DNA of 64,000 nt from Rickettsiales bacterium (lineage in GTDB: Bacteria; Pseudomonadota; Alphaproteobacteria; Rickettsiales; JABIRX01), in the NCBI GenBank assembly GCA_034111325.1, contig JAWUXM010000002.1, positions 80,774 through 144,773 on the forward strand, written 5' to 3'. Under the pieces are notes generated by a model. It saw nothing but the letters and a program-made list of their open reading frames with translations, had not been told where the DNA came from and did not search any database. Below, in pieces: positions 10,057 through 19,353 of this stretch (positions are counted from its first letter, which is position 1; each line of letters starts with the position of its first letter). A program made the translations under genes and the position numbers.

Positions 10057-11070
10057 GTGACAATGAATGTTTTTGAAATTGGTGGCGTAGAAATTTTACC
10101 TGGAGAAAGAAGAGAGATCAACCTTGATGTTGCTGAGCTCTATGATTACACCGAGATGAAAATGCCGGTTGAGGTGATCCGCGGCAAGAAAGAAGGCCCT
10201 ATTTTGTTTATATGTGCGGCAATCCATGGCGACGAAATAAACGGCGTTGAAATCATTAGGCAAATCCTAAATAAAAAAGCATTGTCTAAATTACGCGGCA
10301 CATTAATCGCCGTCCCAATCGTAAATGTCTTTGGTTTTAACGACAAATCACGCTATTTGCCAGATAGGCGTGATCTTAATCGTTGTTTCCCTGGCATGAA
10401 AGGCGGCTCCCTAGCCTCGCAAATGGCACATATATTAATGACCGAAATCATCAGTAAGTCAACACACGGGATTGATTTACATACTGGTGCTTGGCACAGA
10501 AAAAACCTGCCGCAAATCCGCGGTAATCTTAATGACCCAGAAACTGCAAAGCTTGCACAAGCTTTTGGTACACCCGTCATTATTAATGCATCGACTCGTG
10601 ACGGCTCATTGCGCCAAGCTGCCGCTGATAAAAAGATACCAACTTTGCTTTACGAAGGTGGCGAGACTTTGCGTTTTGAAGATGATGTCATTAAAATCGG
10701 TGTTAAAGGTATAATGCGTGTCATGCGTAACATTGGTATGCTACCAAAACTAGCTGTGCCAAAAACACATAAAGCATTTGTAGCACAAGCCAGCTATTGG
10801 GTTAGAGCACCACGCAGCGGCATACATGTACGTAATAAAAAACTTGGCAGCATGGTAAAAGCTGGCGAAATTCTTGGCATAATATCTAGCCCACTAGGGA
10901 AACATAGTATTCAAGTTTCTGCTGACCAAGCTGGAATTATCATAGGTAAATCAATAATTCCATTGGTCAATAAGGGTGATGCACTTTTTCATATCGCAAC
11001 TTTTGAAGATCATCGTCAGACTCAAGAAGTTTTTGACAATTTGGAAGACGTAGACCCCGTCAACCTCTAA
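10057..11070 (+). CDS. Succinylglutamate desuccinylase/aspartoacylase (AstE/AspA) family zinc hydrolase
   Basis: AAIHGDEINGVEI zinc-binding motif. Length is typical of the family. Confidence 0.75.
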   Translation: MTMNVFEIGGVEILPGERREINLDVAELYDYTEMKMPVEVIRGKKEGPILFICAAIHGDEINGVEIIRQILNKKALSKLRGTLIAVPIVNVFGFNDKSRYLPDRRDLNRCFPGMKGGSLASQMAHILMTEIISKSTHGIDLHTGAWHRKNLPQIRGNLNDPETAKLAQAFGTPVIINASTRDGSLRQAAADKKIPTLLYEGGETLRFEDDVIKIGVKGIMRVMRNIGMLPKLAVPKTHKAFVAQASYWVRAPRSGIHVRNKKLGSMVKAGEILGIISSPLGKHSIQVSADQAGIIIGKSIIPLVNKGDALFHIATFEDHRQTQEVFDNLEDVDPVNL

Positions 11071-11198
11071 AATCTCATTCTTTTGTACGCTTTTTGACAC
11101 ATAACCTCTGCTCGTTCGACTCGTGTATGTAAAATACACGTCGCTCACTCGCATAGGACATGTGTCAAAAATCAAAACAAAATTTATGAGATTTCATG
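11071..11198. repeat. Palindromic repeat element, family C (diverged copy) with 9-bp terminal inverted repeats AAATCTCAT/ATGAGATTT
   Basis: It starts immediately after the stop codon at 11070. It carries internal inverted repeats TTTTTGACACAT...ATGTGTCAAAAA. It aligns in blocks with 17996-18103 (ATAACCT..CTCG..CGT..ACG..AGGACAT..AAAATCA..ACAAAA). Confidence 0.6.
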
Positions 11199-11240
11199 CT
11201 TTGACTTGAACACCCAAAAAGATCCTATATGTAATTATTT

Positions 11241-11350
11241 TGCGTGTTTTTGTGATGATTTTTATTAAATGTTCTGCCTAAGCAAGGGATCGTATACTTC
11301 ATACGTGACCGAAGCGCAGGTAGGTTATTTGATAAAAAGGGCGCAAAAGC
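11241..11350. repeat. Palindromic repeat element, family C (inverted orientation relative to 17996-18103)
   Basis: Its reverse complement, GCTTTTGCGCCCTTTTTATCAAATAACCT...CGTATGAAGTATACG...GGCAGAACATTTAATAAAAATCATCACAAAAA, aligns end to end with 17996-18103. Confidence 0.7.
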
Positions 11351-11374
11351 ATGCAAAATAATTAGATTTTGGCA

Positions 11375-11412
11375 TAAAAAAAGCCATTTGGAGTTAACCA
11401 AATGGCTTTTTT
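11375..11412 (-). terminator. Rho-independent (bidirectional-type) terminator downstream of cspA
   Basis: AAAAAAAA-AGCCATTTGG-AGTTAA-CCAAATGGCT-TTTTTT: a perfect 10-bp stem flanked by A and T runs, about 20 nt past the cspA stop. Confidence 0.85.
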
Positions 11413-11432
11413 ATACTTATAGAATTGTGTTA

Positions 11433-11633
11433 TTACGCAATTTTTAAGTCAGTAGCAAATTCTTTGCCATTGTTGTTTCCTAGTTCAAAGGACACTTGTT
11501 GGCCTTCAGCTAGATCATCCAAACCTGCTTCTTGTAGAGCAGTGATGTGAACGAACACATCTTTTGAACCTTCGTCTGGTTGAATAAAACCGTAACCTTT
11601 AGTGGCGTTAAACCATTTAACAGTACCTTGCAT
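11433..11633 (-). CDS. cspA: Cold-shock protein, CspA family
   Basis: [15 protein letters not shown] (RNP1) and VFVHITAL (RNP2-like); 66 aa. Confidence 0.9.
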   Translation of the reverse strand: MQGTVKWFNATKGYGFIQPDEGSKDVFVHITALQEAGLDDLAEGQQVSFELGNNNGKEFATDLKIA

Positions 11634-11822
11634 AATAATAATCCTCGTAGAAATAATGAAATAATAAAAATAGATAAGGAAAAGCTGAGAATAAAAAGGG
11701 GAAGAAAAGAAGCGCCTTGCGAGAAGAAATCTTATAAACTTGCCCTAGCCTAAAAGCAGCTAAAACATATCTGCATCGAAAAATAGCTTCTTTATAATAA
11801 GAAGCAAGCAATTATTTTTGTT

Positions 11823-12773
11823 CTAATCTTGATAAAGATGAACATCGCGTTGCGGGAAGGGGATCTGTATGTCATTCTCTTTGAATTTATGCCAAATAGC
11901 GCGCATAACATCACTTTTTGCAACAAGGCGACTCAAAGCAATATCACTAACCCAAAAGTGCAGTTCAAAATCTACTGAGCTATCATTGAATTCTATTAAA
12001 TAACAGCCCGGCTCTGGCTCAGCTATACAATGTGGATGTTCCATTGCAGCTTCTAAGATAAGATCACGAGCTCGTTCAATGTCAGATTTATAAGAAATCC
12101 CAATACTAATATCAATCCGCCCCTGTGAATTACTATGTGTCCAGTTGGTAACTCGGTTTGTAATAAAATCTTCATTAGGCAACATAACTTCTTTACTATC
12201 CAATGTCTCAACCAATGTATAACGTGCGCCTATATATTTAATAAAGCCATACATCCCATCATTTAACTCAACTAAATCACCAGTTTTTACTGAACGCTCA
12301 AAAAGCAGGATCAGACCACTAATAAAATTTGAAGTGATCTTTTGCAATCCAAAACCAATACCAATACCAATTGCTCCACCAAAAATTGCGAATTTCTTTA
12401 GCTCAACATTGATAATTTCCAACAAAACAAGGAAGACGATAAAATACAACAGTATCTGAAATATCTTGATAGTAAGAGCACGATTACCTGTTTTTATACT
12501 TCTCAAATGCTTCAAATATTTGACCCCAGCATCTGAAATAATACTGGCAACCCAGAGCACCAATATAATGAGCGCAATGCTACGCAAAATAATATAGAGA
12601 GAAAATTTATGCTCTAATATCGCAAATATAAATTTGTCAGAGTCTAAATAGGCAATGATAGGGTTGATATAACCGTATTTTGCTAATGCTATAATTATAG
12701 AAAATGCAAAGAATAATAACCACTTAGCCGCACTGCCGCCAGGCTTGAAAATAAAGGTAATGATTCTGTTCAT
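11823..12773 (-). CDS. Mechanosensitive ion channel family protein (MscS-like)
   Basis: N-terminal TM helices, then GDLVEL.., LPNEDFITNRVTNWT, and a C-terminal alpha/beta domain. Confidence 0.8.
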   Translation of the reverse strand: MNRIITFIFKPGGSAAKWLLFFAFSIIIALAKYGYINPIIAYLDSDKFIFAILEHKFSLYIILRSIALIILVLWVASIISDAGVKYLKHLRSIKTGNRALTIKIFQILLYFIVFLVLLEIINVELKKFAIFGGAIGIGIGFGLQKITSNFISGLILLFERSVKTGDLVELNDGMYGFIKYIGARYTLVETLDSKEVMLPNEDFITNRVTNWTHSNSQGRIDISIGISYKSDIERARDLILEAAMEHPHCIAEPEPGCYLIEFNDSSVDFELHFWVSDIALSRLVAKSDVMRAIWHKFKENDIQIPFPQRDVHLYQD

Positions 12774-13336
12774 TATTTTTTACGTATAGATTTATTCCAC
12801 GGCATCCATTTCAGCAGCAAAGCCATGCCGCACCAACCAGAATAGCCAGAAAATACCAGACCAATACCGATAAACCCTGCTAATAAAAACCAGGCGCTAG
12901 ATAACAAATAGCCAAGGGCAATAGATGTAAAAATTAAGCTTCCAGCAGTTATTTGCACTTGGCGATTAATAGAGATTGTACAAGATTTGACAATTGGGAG
13001 CCCGCATGCTTGCCAAGCTTCTATACCGCCTACGAGATTGTAAACTTTCTCAACAGAAGAATCATCACCTTCTGCTTGCATAAATTGGCAAACGGCCATG
13101 CTTCTTTTGCCAGACTTACAGTGAAATATTAGATCCTTACCTTTTATGTTTTTTGGCAAGTTAATGGAGCTTAGCAACGAAAGTGGTGACAGGTAAGAAT
13201 TAGGAATTGAGGCTTCTTTATATTCATCAATTTCACGTACATCAATTAGAATTGCTTTGCCCTCATCGAGTAATTTCTTAGCATTCTTGACATCTATCTC
13301 GCTGATCTTCATTTTAATACCTATTTTGCTTTTCAC
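12773..13336 (-). CDS. Rhodanese-domain protein with C-terminal membrane (DUF2892/YgaP-like) domain
   Basis: Active-site loop HCKSGKRS plus two C-terminal hydrophobic helices. The start may be an internal Met (MKISEIDV). Confidence 0.7.
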   Translation of the reverse strand: MKSKIGIKMKISEIDVKNAKKLLDEGKAILIDVREIDEYKEASIPNSYLSPLSLLSSINLPKNIKGKDLIFHCKSGKRSMAVCQFMQAEGDDSSVEKVYNLVGGIEAWQACGLPIVKSCTISINRQVQITAGSLIFTSIALGYLLSSAWFLLAGFIGIGLVFSGYSGWCGMALLLKWMPWNKSIRKK

Positions 13337-13401
13337 CCTTAGTAAATCTTAACAGGAATCGTTGCAAGTTAAAAATTTTTCCAATCACAACCTTTTGCCA
13401 T

Positions 13402-14052
13402 ATGAAGCTATATATTTACGATCATTGCCCATACTGCGTCAAAGCACGCATGATTTTTGGCATAAAAAATATTCCTTTTGAACTTGTGACATTACTCAAT
13501 GATGATGATAAAACGCCCATTAGTATGATCGGGCAGAAATTGGTGCCTATCCTAGAAAAGAGTGATGGCTCTTATATGGGCGAAAGCATGGATATAATAA
13601 AATATATAGATAATTCCGATGGCGTTCCTGCGCTGAATTATGATATGCACAATGAGAAAATTAGCCACTGGCTAGAAGAAGCTAGCAGATTTACTTATCA
13701 ATTATGCATGCCCCGTTGGGTACAAGCGCCGTTGGCAGAATTTGCCACTGAATCTGCTCGTAATTATTTCATCAAAAAGAAAGAAGCCTATATTGGCGAT
13801 TTTGCTGAACATCTTGCAAACTCCGATGATCTCAAAGCACAAGCAAATGGATCTTTGCAAAAGCTTGAACCTCTATTAACCCACAAATACGCTGCTGATA
13901 ATAATTTAAGTGAGTTAGATATTCACCTCTTCGCTAATCTACGCAGCCTTTCTATAGTGACTGATTTAAATTACCCAGCCAAAGTTGAGGCATATCGTCA
14001 AAATATGGCAAAACTCACGAATATATCTTTGCATGATGATTTGAGTATTTGA
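13402..14052 (+). CDS. grxB: Glutaredoxin 2
   Basis: MKLYIYDHCPYCVKARMIFG N-terminus (CPYC). The ~215-aa GST-like length is typical of Grx2. Confidence 0.8.
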   Translation: MKLYIYDHCPYCVKARMIFGIKNIPFELVTLLNDDDKTPISMIGQKLVPILEKSDGSYMGESMDIIKYIDNSDGVPALNYDMHNEKISHWLEEASRFTYQLCMPRWVQAPLAEFATESARNYFIKKKEAYIGDFAEHLANSDDLKAQANGSLQKLEPLLTHKYAADNNLSELDIHLFANLRSLSIVTDLNYPAKVEAYRQNMAKLTNISLHDDLSI

Positions 14053-14103
14053 CATAAAAACTAACAAACGGCATAAAGGGGTTTCATCCTAAAATTACAA
14101 GCC

Positions 14104-14247
14104 ATGAAAAAAATCATTCTACTTTTATCATTACTAACAATTATCCCTTCTTGCTCCAGCAAAAAAGAAGACCTTAAAAGCCCTTGTGTTTCAACTGATG
14201 AGGGGCCTTGTGGGCCTAGGCGTGCGGTCAATAAATGGCTTTCATAA
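14104..14247 (+). CDS. Small (47-aa) predicted lipoprotein, below ORF-track cutoff
   Basis: My own translation reads MKKIILLLSLLTIIPSCSSKKEDLKSPCVSTDEGPCGPRRAVNKWLS*. It has a classic signal plus lipobox (IPSC). Confidence 0.45.
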   Translation: MKKIILLLSLLTIIPSCSSKKEDLKSPCVSTDEGPCGPRRAVNKWLS

Positions 14248-14356
14248 ATTAGCCTCTTTTTGCAACAAAGATTTTACGTCTATTTTTCTTTACAAAAAGA
14301 GATTTTAAAATATAAGTCCTTTTTTCTTTTTTGTAACTATTGATAAGAGGGTTTTG

Positions 14357-15631
14357 ATGAAGGGTGATCAACACGCACGAGCCACGAAAAACATATATAA
14401 AATCAAACCTTCCAAACTATATAAAAAGGGGGCGGCACAAAGTAAATACCAGTCAATTGGGCAAGCTCTATCTTCCATAAAACCTTCCGAACCGCTAACT
14501 TGTTTACGCCTCCATACGATAGCAGAAGCAACCTCATTCTTTCTAGATAATTGGGCAGGTCGCACATTATATTCAGTTAAAAGCAACCCCTCAAAAATCA
14601 TTCTTGAAAAGCTTTATGCAGAAGGCATTCGTGAGTTTGACGTTGCATCCCTAAAAGAGGTGCAATTAATCGCCGAACTTTTTGCTGGCAAGCCTAAAAA
14701 CATGTATTTCATGCACCCTGTAAAATCACGCGAGGCTATTGCAGCTAGCTATTTTGATTATGGCATTCGTGATTTTTCATTAGATTCTATTGATGAGTTA
14801 GAAAAGATTCTGCAAGTCACCAATAATGCGCAAGATCTAAATTTGCATGTCAGGCTTGCCATTCCTAATGGTTACGCTGCTTTTGATTTATCAGGCAAAT
14901 TTGGCGTTGATATGGAACATGCGGCAGATTTAGTTAGCGAAACTCGCCAACATGCAAAAAAATTAGGCATTTGTTTCCATGTTGGCTCACAATGTATGAA
15001 TCCGCAATCTTACAAAGCAGCTTTGATTATGGTGCGTGACATATTACAGCATGCGGAAGTTAAACTAGATGTTTTGGATATTGGCGGTGGTTTTCCCTCA
15101 ATTTACCCAGATCTCATACCACCAGCCCTAATTTCTTATATGGATGTTATCAAAGCAGAAATTAAGGATCTCGGCTTGGATAATGGTTGTGAATTATGGT
15201 GTGAACCAGGTAGAGCGTTAGTTGCTGAATCCACTTCAATTATCGCACGGGTTGAATTGCGCAAAGCAAATTTTCTCTACATAAATGATGGTACATATGG
15301 TTCATTATTTGACGCTGGCACGCCAAACTTTATTTTCCCAACTAAGGCATTTCGCCTTAATGGCAAAATATCTAAAGATTTGATTCCTTTTTCTTTCTAT
15401 GGCCCAACTTGTGATTCAATCGACGTTATGAAAGGACCTTTTTATTTGCCAGAAGATATAAAGGAAGGTGACTATATCGAAATCGGTCAATTAGGTGCAT
15501 ATGGCACAACTATGCGTACAAAATTTAATGGCTTTCACTCTGATGCACAAATCGAAGTCGACAATAATCCATTAATGTCTTTATTTTTCTCTAACCAAAC
15601 AACTCTAAAAGCGGTCTCCAATGGTAACTAA
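14357..15631 (+). CDS. Type III PLP-dependent decarboxylase (ornithine/lysine decarboxylase-like)
   Basis: PLP-lysine context YSVKSNP, DIGGGFP and CEPGRALV motifs. ATG at 14357 is preceded by AGAGGG; the track begins at TTG 14354. Confidence 0.8.
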   Translation: MKGDQHARATKNIYKIKPSKLYKKGAAQSKYQSIGQALSSIKPSEPLTCLRLHTIAEATSFFLDNWAGRTLYSVKSNPSKIILEKLYAEGIREFDVASLKEVQLIAELFAGKPKNMYFMHPVKSREAIAASYFDYGIRDFSLDSIDELEKILQVTNNAQDLNLHVRLAIPNGYAAFDLSGKFGVDMEHAADLVSETRQHAKKLGICFHVGSQCMNPQSYKAALIMVRDILQHAEVKLDVLDIGGGFPSIYPDLIPPALISYMDVIKAEIKDLGLDNGCELWCEPGRALVAESTSIIARVELRKANFLYINDGTYGSLFDAGTPNFIFPTKAFRLNGKISKDLIPFSFYGPTCDSIDVMKGPFYLPEDIKEGDYIEIGQLGAYGTTMRTKFNGFHSDAQIEVDNNPLMSLFFSNQTTLKAVSNGN

Positions 15632-16643
15632 ACAAGAATTATTACAGAAAACTGTAAAGCATGTCGATATAACTTCTTTTGATGCAAGGAAGGTGATTGA
15701 TTCAATGCGTGACATGTCCTTTTCTTCAAGGGATTTAGCAAGAGCGACCGACATTTATAATGAAATGCTGGCAGATAAGGATTGCTCGGTGATTTTAACT
15801 ATTGCCGGCTCAACAGCGGCGGCGGGCTGCATGAAGCTTTATGCAGATTTGATTAAATATAATATGGTCGACGCGATTGTTGCAACTGGCGCTGCTATTG
15901 TCGATATGGATTTTTTTGAAGCACTTGGTTTTAAACATTACCAAGGCTCACCTTTCGTTGATGATAAATTCCTTCGCTCAAACTACATAAACAGGATTTA
16001 TGATACTTATATTGACGAAGAAGAATTGCAGAATTGTGATCGCACGATTTTTGAAATCGCTGAAACTCTAGAAAAACGCCCCTATTCTTCTCGTGAATTT
16101 ATTAGCGAAATGGGTAAATATTTACAGAAGAATGCTAAAAAGGAAGAATCCCTAATTCAGCTCGCCTATGAACATGATGTGCCGATTTTCTGCCCAGCAT
16201 TCTCTGATTCATCAGCTGGTTTTGGTTTAGTATTGCATCAAGTCAAACACCCTAAAACGCATCTTTCGATTGATTCAGTGGCAGATTTTCGTGAATTAAC
16301 CGATATTAAAATTGCCGCTGGGCAAACTGGGTTATTGATGATTGGCGGCGGTGTACCGAAGAATTTTGCTCAAGATACTGTAGTTTGTGCGGAGATTCTC
16401 GGCAAGGAGGTTGATATGCATAAATATGCGGTGCAAATCACCGTGGCAGATTCACGTGATGGCGCTTGCAGTAGTTCAACTTTGAAAGAAGCTTGTTCAT
16501 GGGGCAAGGTTGATCTTGTCAAAGAGCAAATGGTTTATGCAGAAGCAACTACTGTTCTACCGTTAATGATAAGCGATGCTTATCACCGTAATCACTGGAA
16601 AAATCGCGAGCGCAAAAATTTTGCAAAATTATTCAATGTTTAA
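15621..16643 (+). CDS. Deoxyhypusine synthase-like (DHS family) protein
   Basis: IGGGVPKNF and SSAGFG motifs of the DHS/homospermidine-synthase-like family. It overlaps the decarboxylase by 11 nt. Confidence 0.8.
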   Translation: MVTKQELLQKTVKHVDITSFDARKVIDSMRDMSFSSRDLARATDIYNEMLADKDCSVILTIAGSTAAAGCMKLYADLIKYNMVDAIVATGAAIVDMDFFEALGFKHYQGSPFVDDKFLRSNYINRIYDTYIDEEELQNCDRTIFEIAETLEKRPYSSREFISEMGKYLQKNAKKEESLIQLAYEHDVPIFCPAFSDSSAGFGLVLHQVKHPKTHLSIDSVADFRELTDIKIAAGQTGLLMIGGGVPKNFAQDTVVCAEILGKEVDMHKYAVQITVADSRDGACSSSTLKEACSWGKVDLVKEQMVYAEATTVLPLMISDAYHRNHWKNRERKNFAKLFNV

Positions 16644-17529
16644 ACTTCTCCCTGCCGAAAAAGGCTTCCTTGGTTTAGAGGAAGAAACCTCCTATGCAGA
16701 TGCAAAAGTTGTTGTCGTACCTTTTGGCTTGGAAGCATCAGTTAGCTATGGCGGCGGCACTAGCAAAGGCGCACAAGCAATTCTAAACGCCTCACATCAA
16801 GTTGAGTTATTTGATGAAGAACATTGGTGTGAAATCTATAAAAAGATTGGTATCACCACGATAGAAGAGCCAGAAATCAACAAGGATATTGTGCAAGCCT
16901 TAGCGCAGTTAGAACATATCACTGAACAAATTCTTGCTGATGGTAAATTTCCCTTGATTTTAGGTGGTGAACATTCACTAACCGCCGGTTCAATTCGCCC
17001 TTTCGTTAAAAGACATGATGATTTAGCGATTCTTCATTTTGATGCACATGCAGATTTGCGTGATGGTTATGATGGCGAACATTACTCACATGCAGCGGCT
17101 CTACGACGCGTTTTGGATCACCCACAAGTTACTAAACTTGTCTCATGTGGAATCCGCAATATCTCCGCTAGCGAGATTCCTTTCTTAGAAGAAAATAGCA
17201 AGCGTATTGATATTCATTGGGGCAAAGACCGTAAGGATTGGGATGTGGAAAAAATCGTTGCTCCACTTAAAGGTAAAAAAGTTTACCTAACTTTTGATTT
17301 AGACGGTTTTGATTCTAGCCTTATGCAAGCAACTGGCACACCAGAACCGGGAGGTTTTTTCTGGGATGATGCAATGGCGATAATTCGCGCTGCAAGCAAG
17401 ATTTCTGATATTATCGGCGCTGATATTGTTGAACTCGCCCCAATTCCACAATTCCACTCTTGTGATTTTTTAGCGGCTAAGTTAGCTTACAAAATATTGG
17501 GTCACGTATTTATTAACCAAAAAATATAA
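16636..17529 (+). CDS. speB: Agmatinase/ureohydrolase (arginase family)
   Basis: GGEHSLT, HFDAHADLRD and LTFDLDGFD Mn-binding motifs. The likely start is ATG 16636 (MFKLLPAEKGF), overlapping the upstream stop in ATGTTTAA. The track ORF begins at 16576. Confidence 0.8.
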   Translation: MFKLLPAEKGFLGLEEETSYADAKVVVVPFGLEASVSYGGGTSKGAQAILNASHQVELFDEEHWCEIYKKIGITTIEEPEINKDIVQALAQLEHITEQILADGKFPLILGGEHSLTAGSIRPFVKRHDDLAILHFDAHADLRDGYDGEHYSHAAALRRVLDHPQVTKLVSCGIRNISASEIPFLEENSKRIDIHWGKDRKDWDVEKIVAPLKGKKVYLTFDLDGFDSSLMQATGTPEPGGFFWDDAMAIIRAASKISDIIGADIVELAPIPQFHSCDFLAAKLAYKILGHVFINQKI

Positions 17530-17532
17530 AAA

Positions 17533-17994
17533 ATGAGCAATATAGAAAATAGACTAAAAGAGCTAAATATTACCTTGCCAGAAGCGCCAACGCCGGTGGC
17601 AAACTATGTTTCATATATGCAAACTGGGAATTTGGTTTTTGTTTCCGGGCAGATTTCTAAAGCAGGAGATGTTGAATATTTCGGCAAAGTCGGGCGTGAT
17701 TTCGATGTTGCACAAGGCATTGAAGCAGCTAAAATCTGCGGGCTGAATTTAATTGCTCAAGCCAAAGCTGCTTGTGGTGGTGATCTTGAAAAAATCTCGC
17801 AATGCGTAAAGCTCTCAATCTTTGTTAATTCAACGGATGATTTTACCAATCAAGCAAATATTGCAAATGGAGTTTCAGATTTGATGGTTGAAGTTTTTGG
17901 TGAAAAAGGCAAACATAGCCGCGCGGCAGTTAGCGCTGTTTCACTGCCTTTGAATGCTGCTGTAGAAGTTGAAGCAATTTTCCAGGTTAATTAA
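17533..17994 (+). CDS. RidA/YjgF family protein
   Basis: Length and C-terminal ...RAAVSAVSLPLNAAVEVEAIF are typical of the RidA family. Confidence 0.75.
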   Translation: MSNIENRLKELNITLPEAPTPVANYVSYMQTGNLVFVSGQISKAGDVEYFGKVGRDFDVAQGIEAAKICGLNLIAQAKAACGGDLEKISQCVKLSIFVNSTDDFTNQANIANGVSDLMVEVFGEKGKHSRAAVSAVSLPLNAAVEVEAIFQVN

Positions 17995-17995
17995 T

Positions 17996-18103
17996 CTTTT
18001 TGCGCCCTTTTTAGCAAATAACCTTCTTTCACTCGAGTCACGTACGAAGCTGTACGCTAACTCGTTCAAGCAGGACATTTACTAAAAATCATCACAAAAA
18101 TTC
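17996..18103. repeat. Palindromic repeat element, family C
   Basis: It starts 1-2 nt after the stop codon. It contains the nested hairpin CGAGT-CA-CGTAC-GAAGCT-GTACG-CTA-ACTCG. Its termini are shared with 11241-11350. Confidence 0.7.
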
Positions 18104-18142
18104 TTAATTCACACTCCGATTTGTTTAATTAAAAATAAAAAA

Positions 18143-18616
18143 ATGACCAGTATTTTATTCGTTTGCATGGGAAATATATGTCGCTCGCCAACGGCGCACG
18201 GGGTGTTTCAGCATGTTATCAATCAAGAGGGTTTCAGTGACAAAATCACCATTGATTCTGCTGGCACGCATGGCTGGCATGCAGGCGAAGCCGCCGATAC
18301 AAGATCAATAAAAACCGCACTGGAGAAAGGCTATAATTTGAGTTTTGTAAGATCACGTCTAGTCAATGAGGCTGACTTTGCAGCGTTTGATTATATTTTA
18401 GCAATGGATGCTGATAATCTCGCCAACCTAAAAAAGCAAAGCCCAACAGAGCATCACGATAAAATCGAGTTGTTTTTAAACTATACAAACTTGCCTGTTG
18501 ATGAAGTTCCCGATCCGTATTATAGCGGTGATCAAGGTTTTGATTATGTGTTGGAATTAATCGAAAGCGCCTCACATGGCTTGCTTAGACATTTGCGTGA
18601 TAGTAATAAAATCTAG
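18143..18616 (+). CDS. Low-molecular-weight protein-tyrosine phosphatase
   Basis: LFVCMGNICRSP, the C-X5-R-S P-loop, at the N-terminus, and DPYY near the C-terminus. Confidence 0.85.
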   Translation: MTSILFVCMGNICRSPTAHGVFQHVINQEGFSDKITIDSAGTHGWHAGEAADTRSIKTALEKGYNLSFVRSRLVNEADFAAFDYILAMDADNLANLKKQSPTEHHDKIELFLNYTNLPVDEVPDPYYSGDQGFDYVLELIESASHGLLRHLRDSNKI

Positions 18617-18800
18617 ATTCCTCGCTTGTTGATATATTGCAGACCCTGAACTTTCAATTAAACCTAAGATTTTGGCTTCTTGAACGTAGCATAAACCCAA
18701 CGAAAAGGGTAAGTCAGGAAATAAACTGACATGCAAACGGGGCAAGGGAAAAGTTTGAAGATTTTTATCTTATGGCAGCTTTTAGCTTTTTGAGTCATTA

Positions 18801-19310
18801 TTAATCTCTCCTAAATACATCTTTTGATAAAACGAATATTAAACCCATTACTTGTAGCAATAAAGCAAAGGTTTTGAGGCGAGTATTATCATCCATAATT
18901 GCTTCCTCATCTTTGACAAAAGAGATTCTTTCTAGATAAAGGTCATTGATTTTATCGGTAAGTTTGCTTTGTAGATTGTCCAATAAAAGCAACTGATCAG
19001 AAATTAAAGATATATCTATTGCGTTGGCTTTGCTAATTCCCACAACCCAGTTTTTGCTGAAATTCTCGGCTATTTCTATATTAGACTTTTTATCTGCAAG
19101 GCTACGTACATTTATTAACATATTCTTCTTTTCTTCAGCACTTAAAGTATGTTGCCAGAGATTATCAATTCGCTTATCAACCGACAGAGCCTTATGTTGT
19201 AATTTCTGTGTTTCTACATTATTTGCTTCAAGCAGACGATTACTAATATAGGCTGATGTAACCGTCATCAACACACCGATAAATACTAAAAATAGAGCAA
19301 TAGGACGCAT
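18801..19310 (-). CDS. Hypothetical bitopic membrane protein
   Basis: Hydrophobic helices at the N- and C-termini flank a predicted helical middle. I recognise no motif. Confidence 0.45.
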   Translation of the reverse strand: MRPIALFLVFIGVLMTVTSAYISNRLLEANNVETQKLQHKALSVDKRIDNLWQHTLSAEEKKNMLINVRSLADKKSNIEIAENFSKNWVVGISKANAIDISLISDQLLLLDNLQSKLTDKINDLYLERISFVKDEEAIMDDNTRLKTFALLLQVMGLIFVLSKDVFRRD

Positions 19311-19353
19311 TTTATTTGATAAATATGTGGATAGAGTTTTTATGTTATGATTA

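Noticed and set aside
11617-11811. 64-aa ORF upstream of cspA
   Set aside because: It lies in what is expected to be the long cspA 5' UTR and overlaps the cspA start. The sequence is low-complexity and Phe/Tyr/Leu-rich, typical of AT-rich non-coding DNA.
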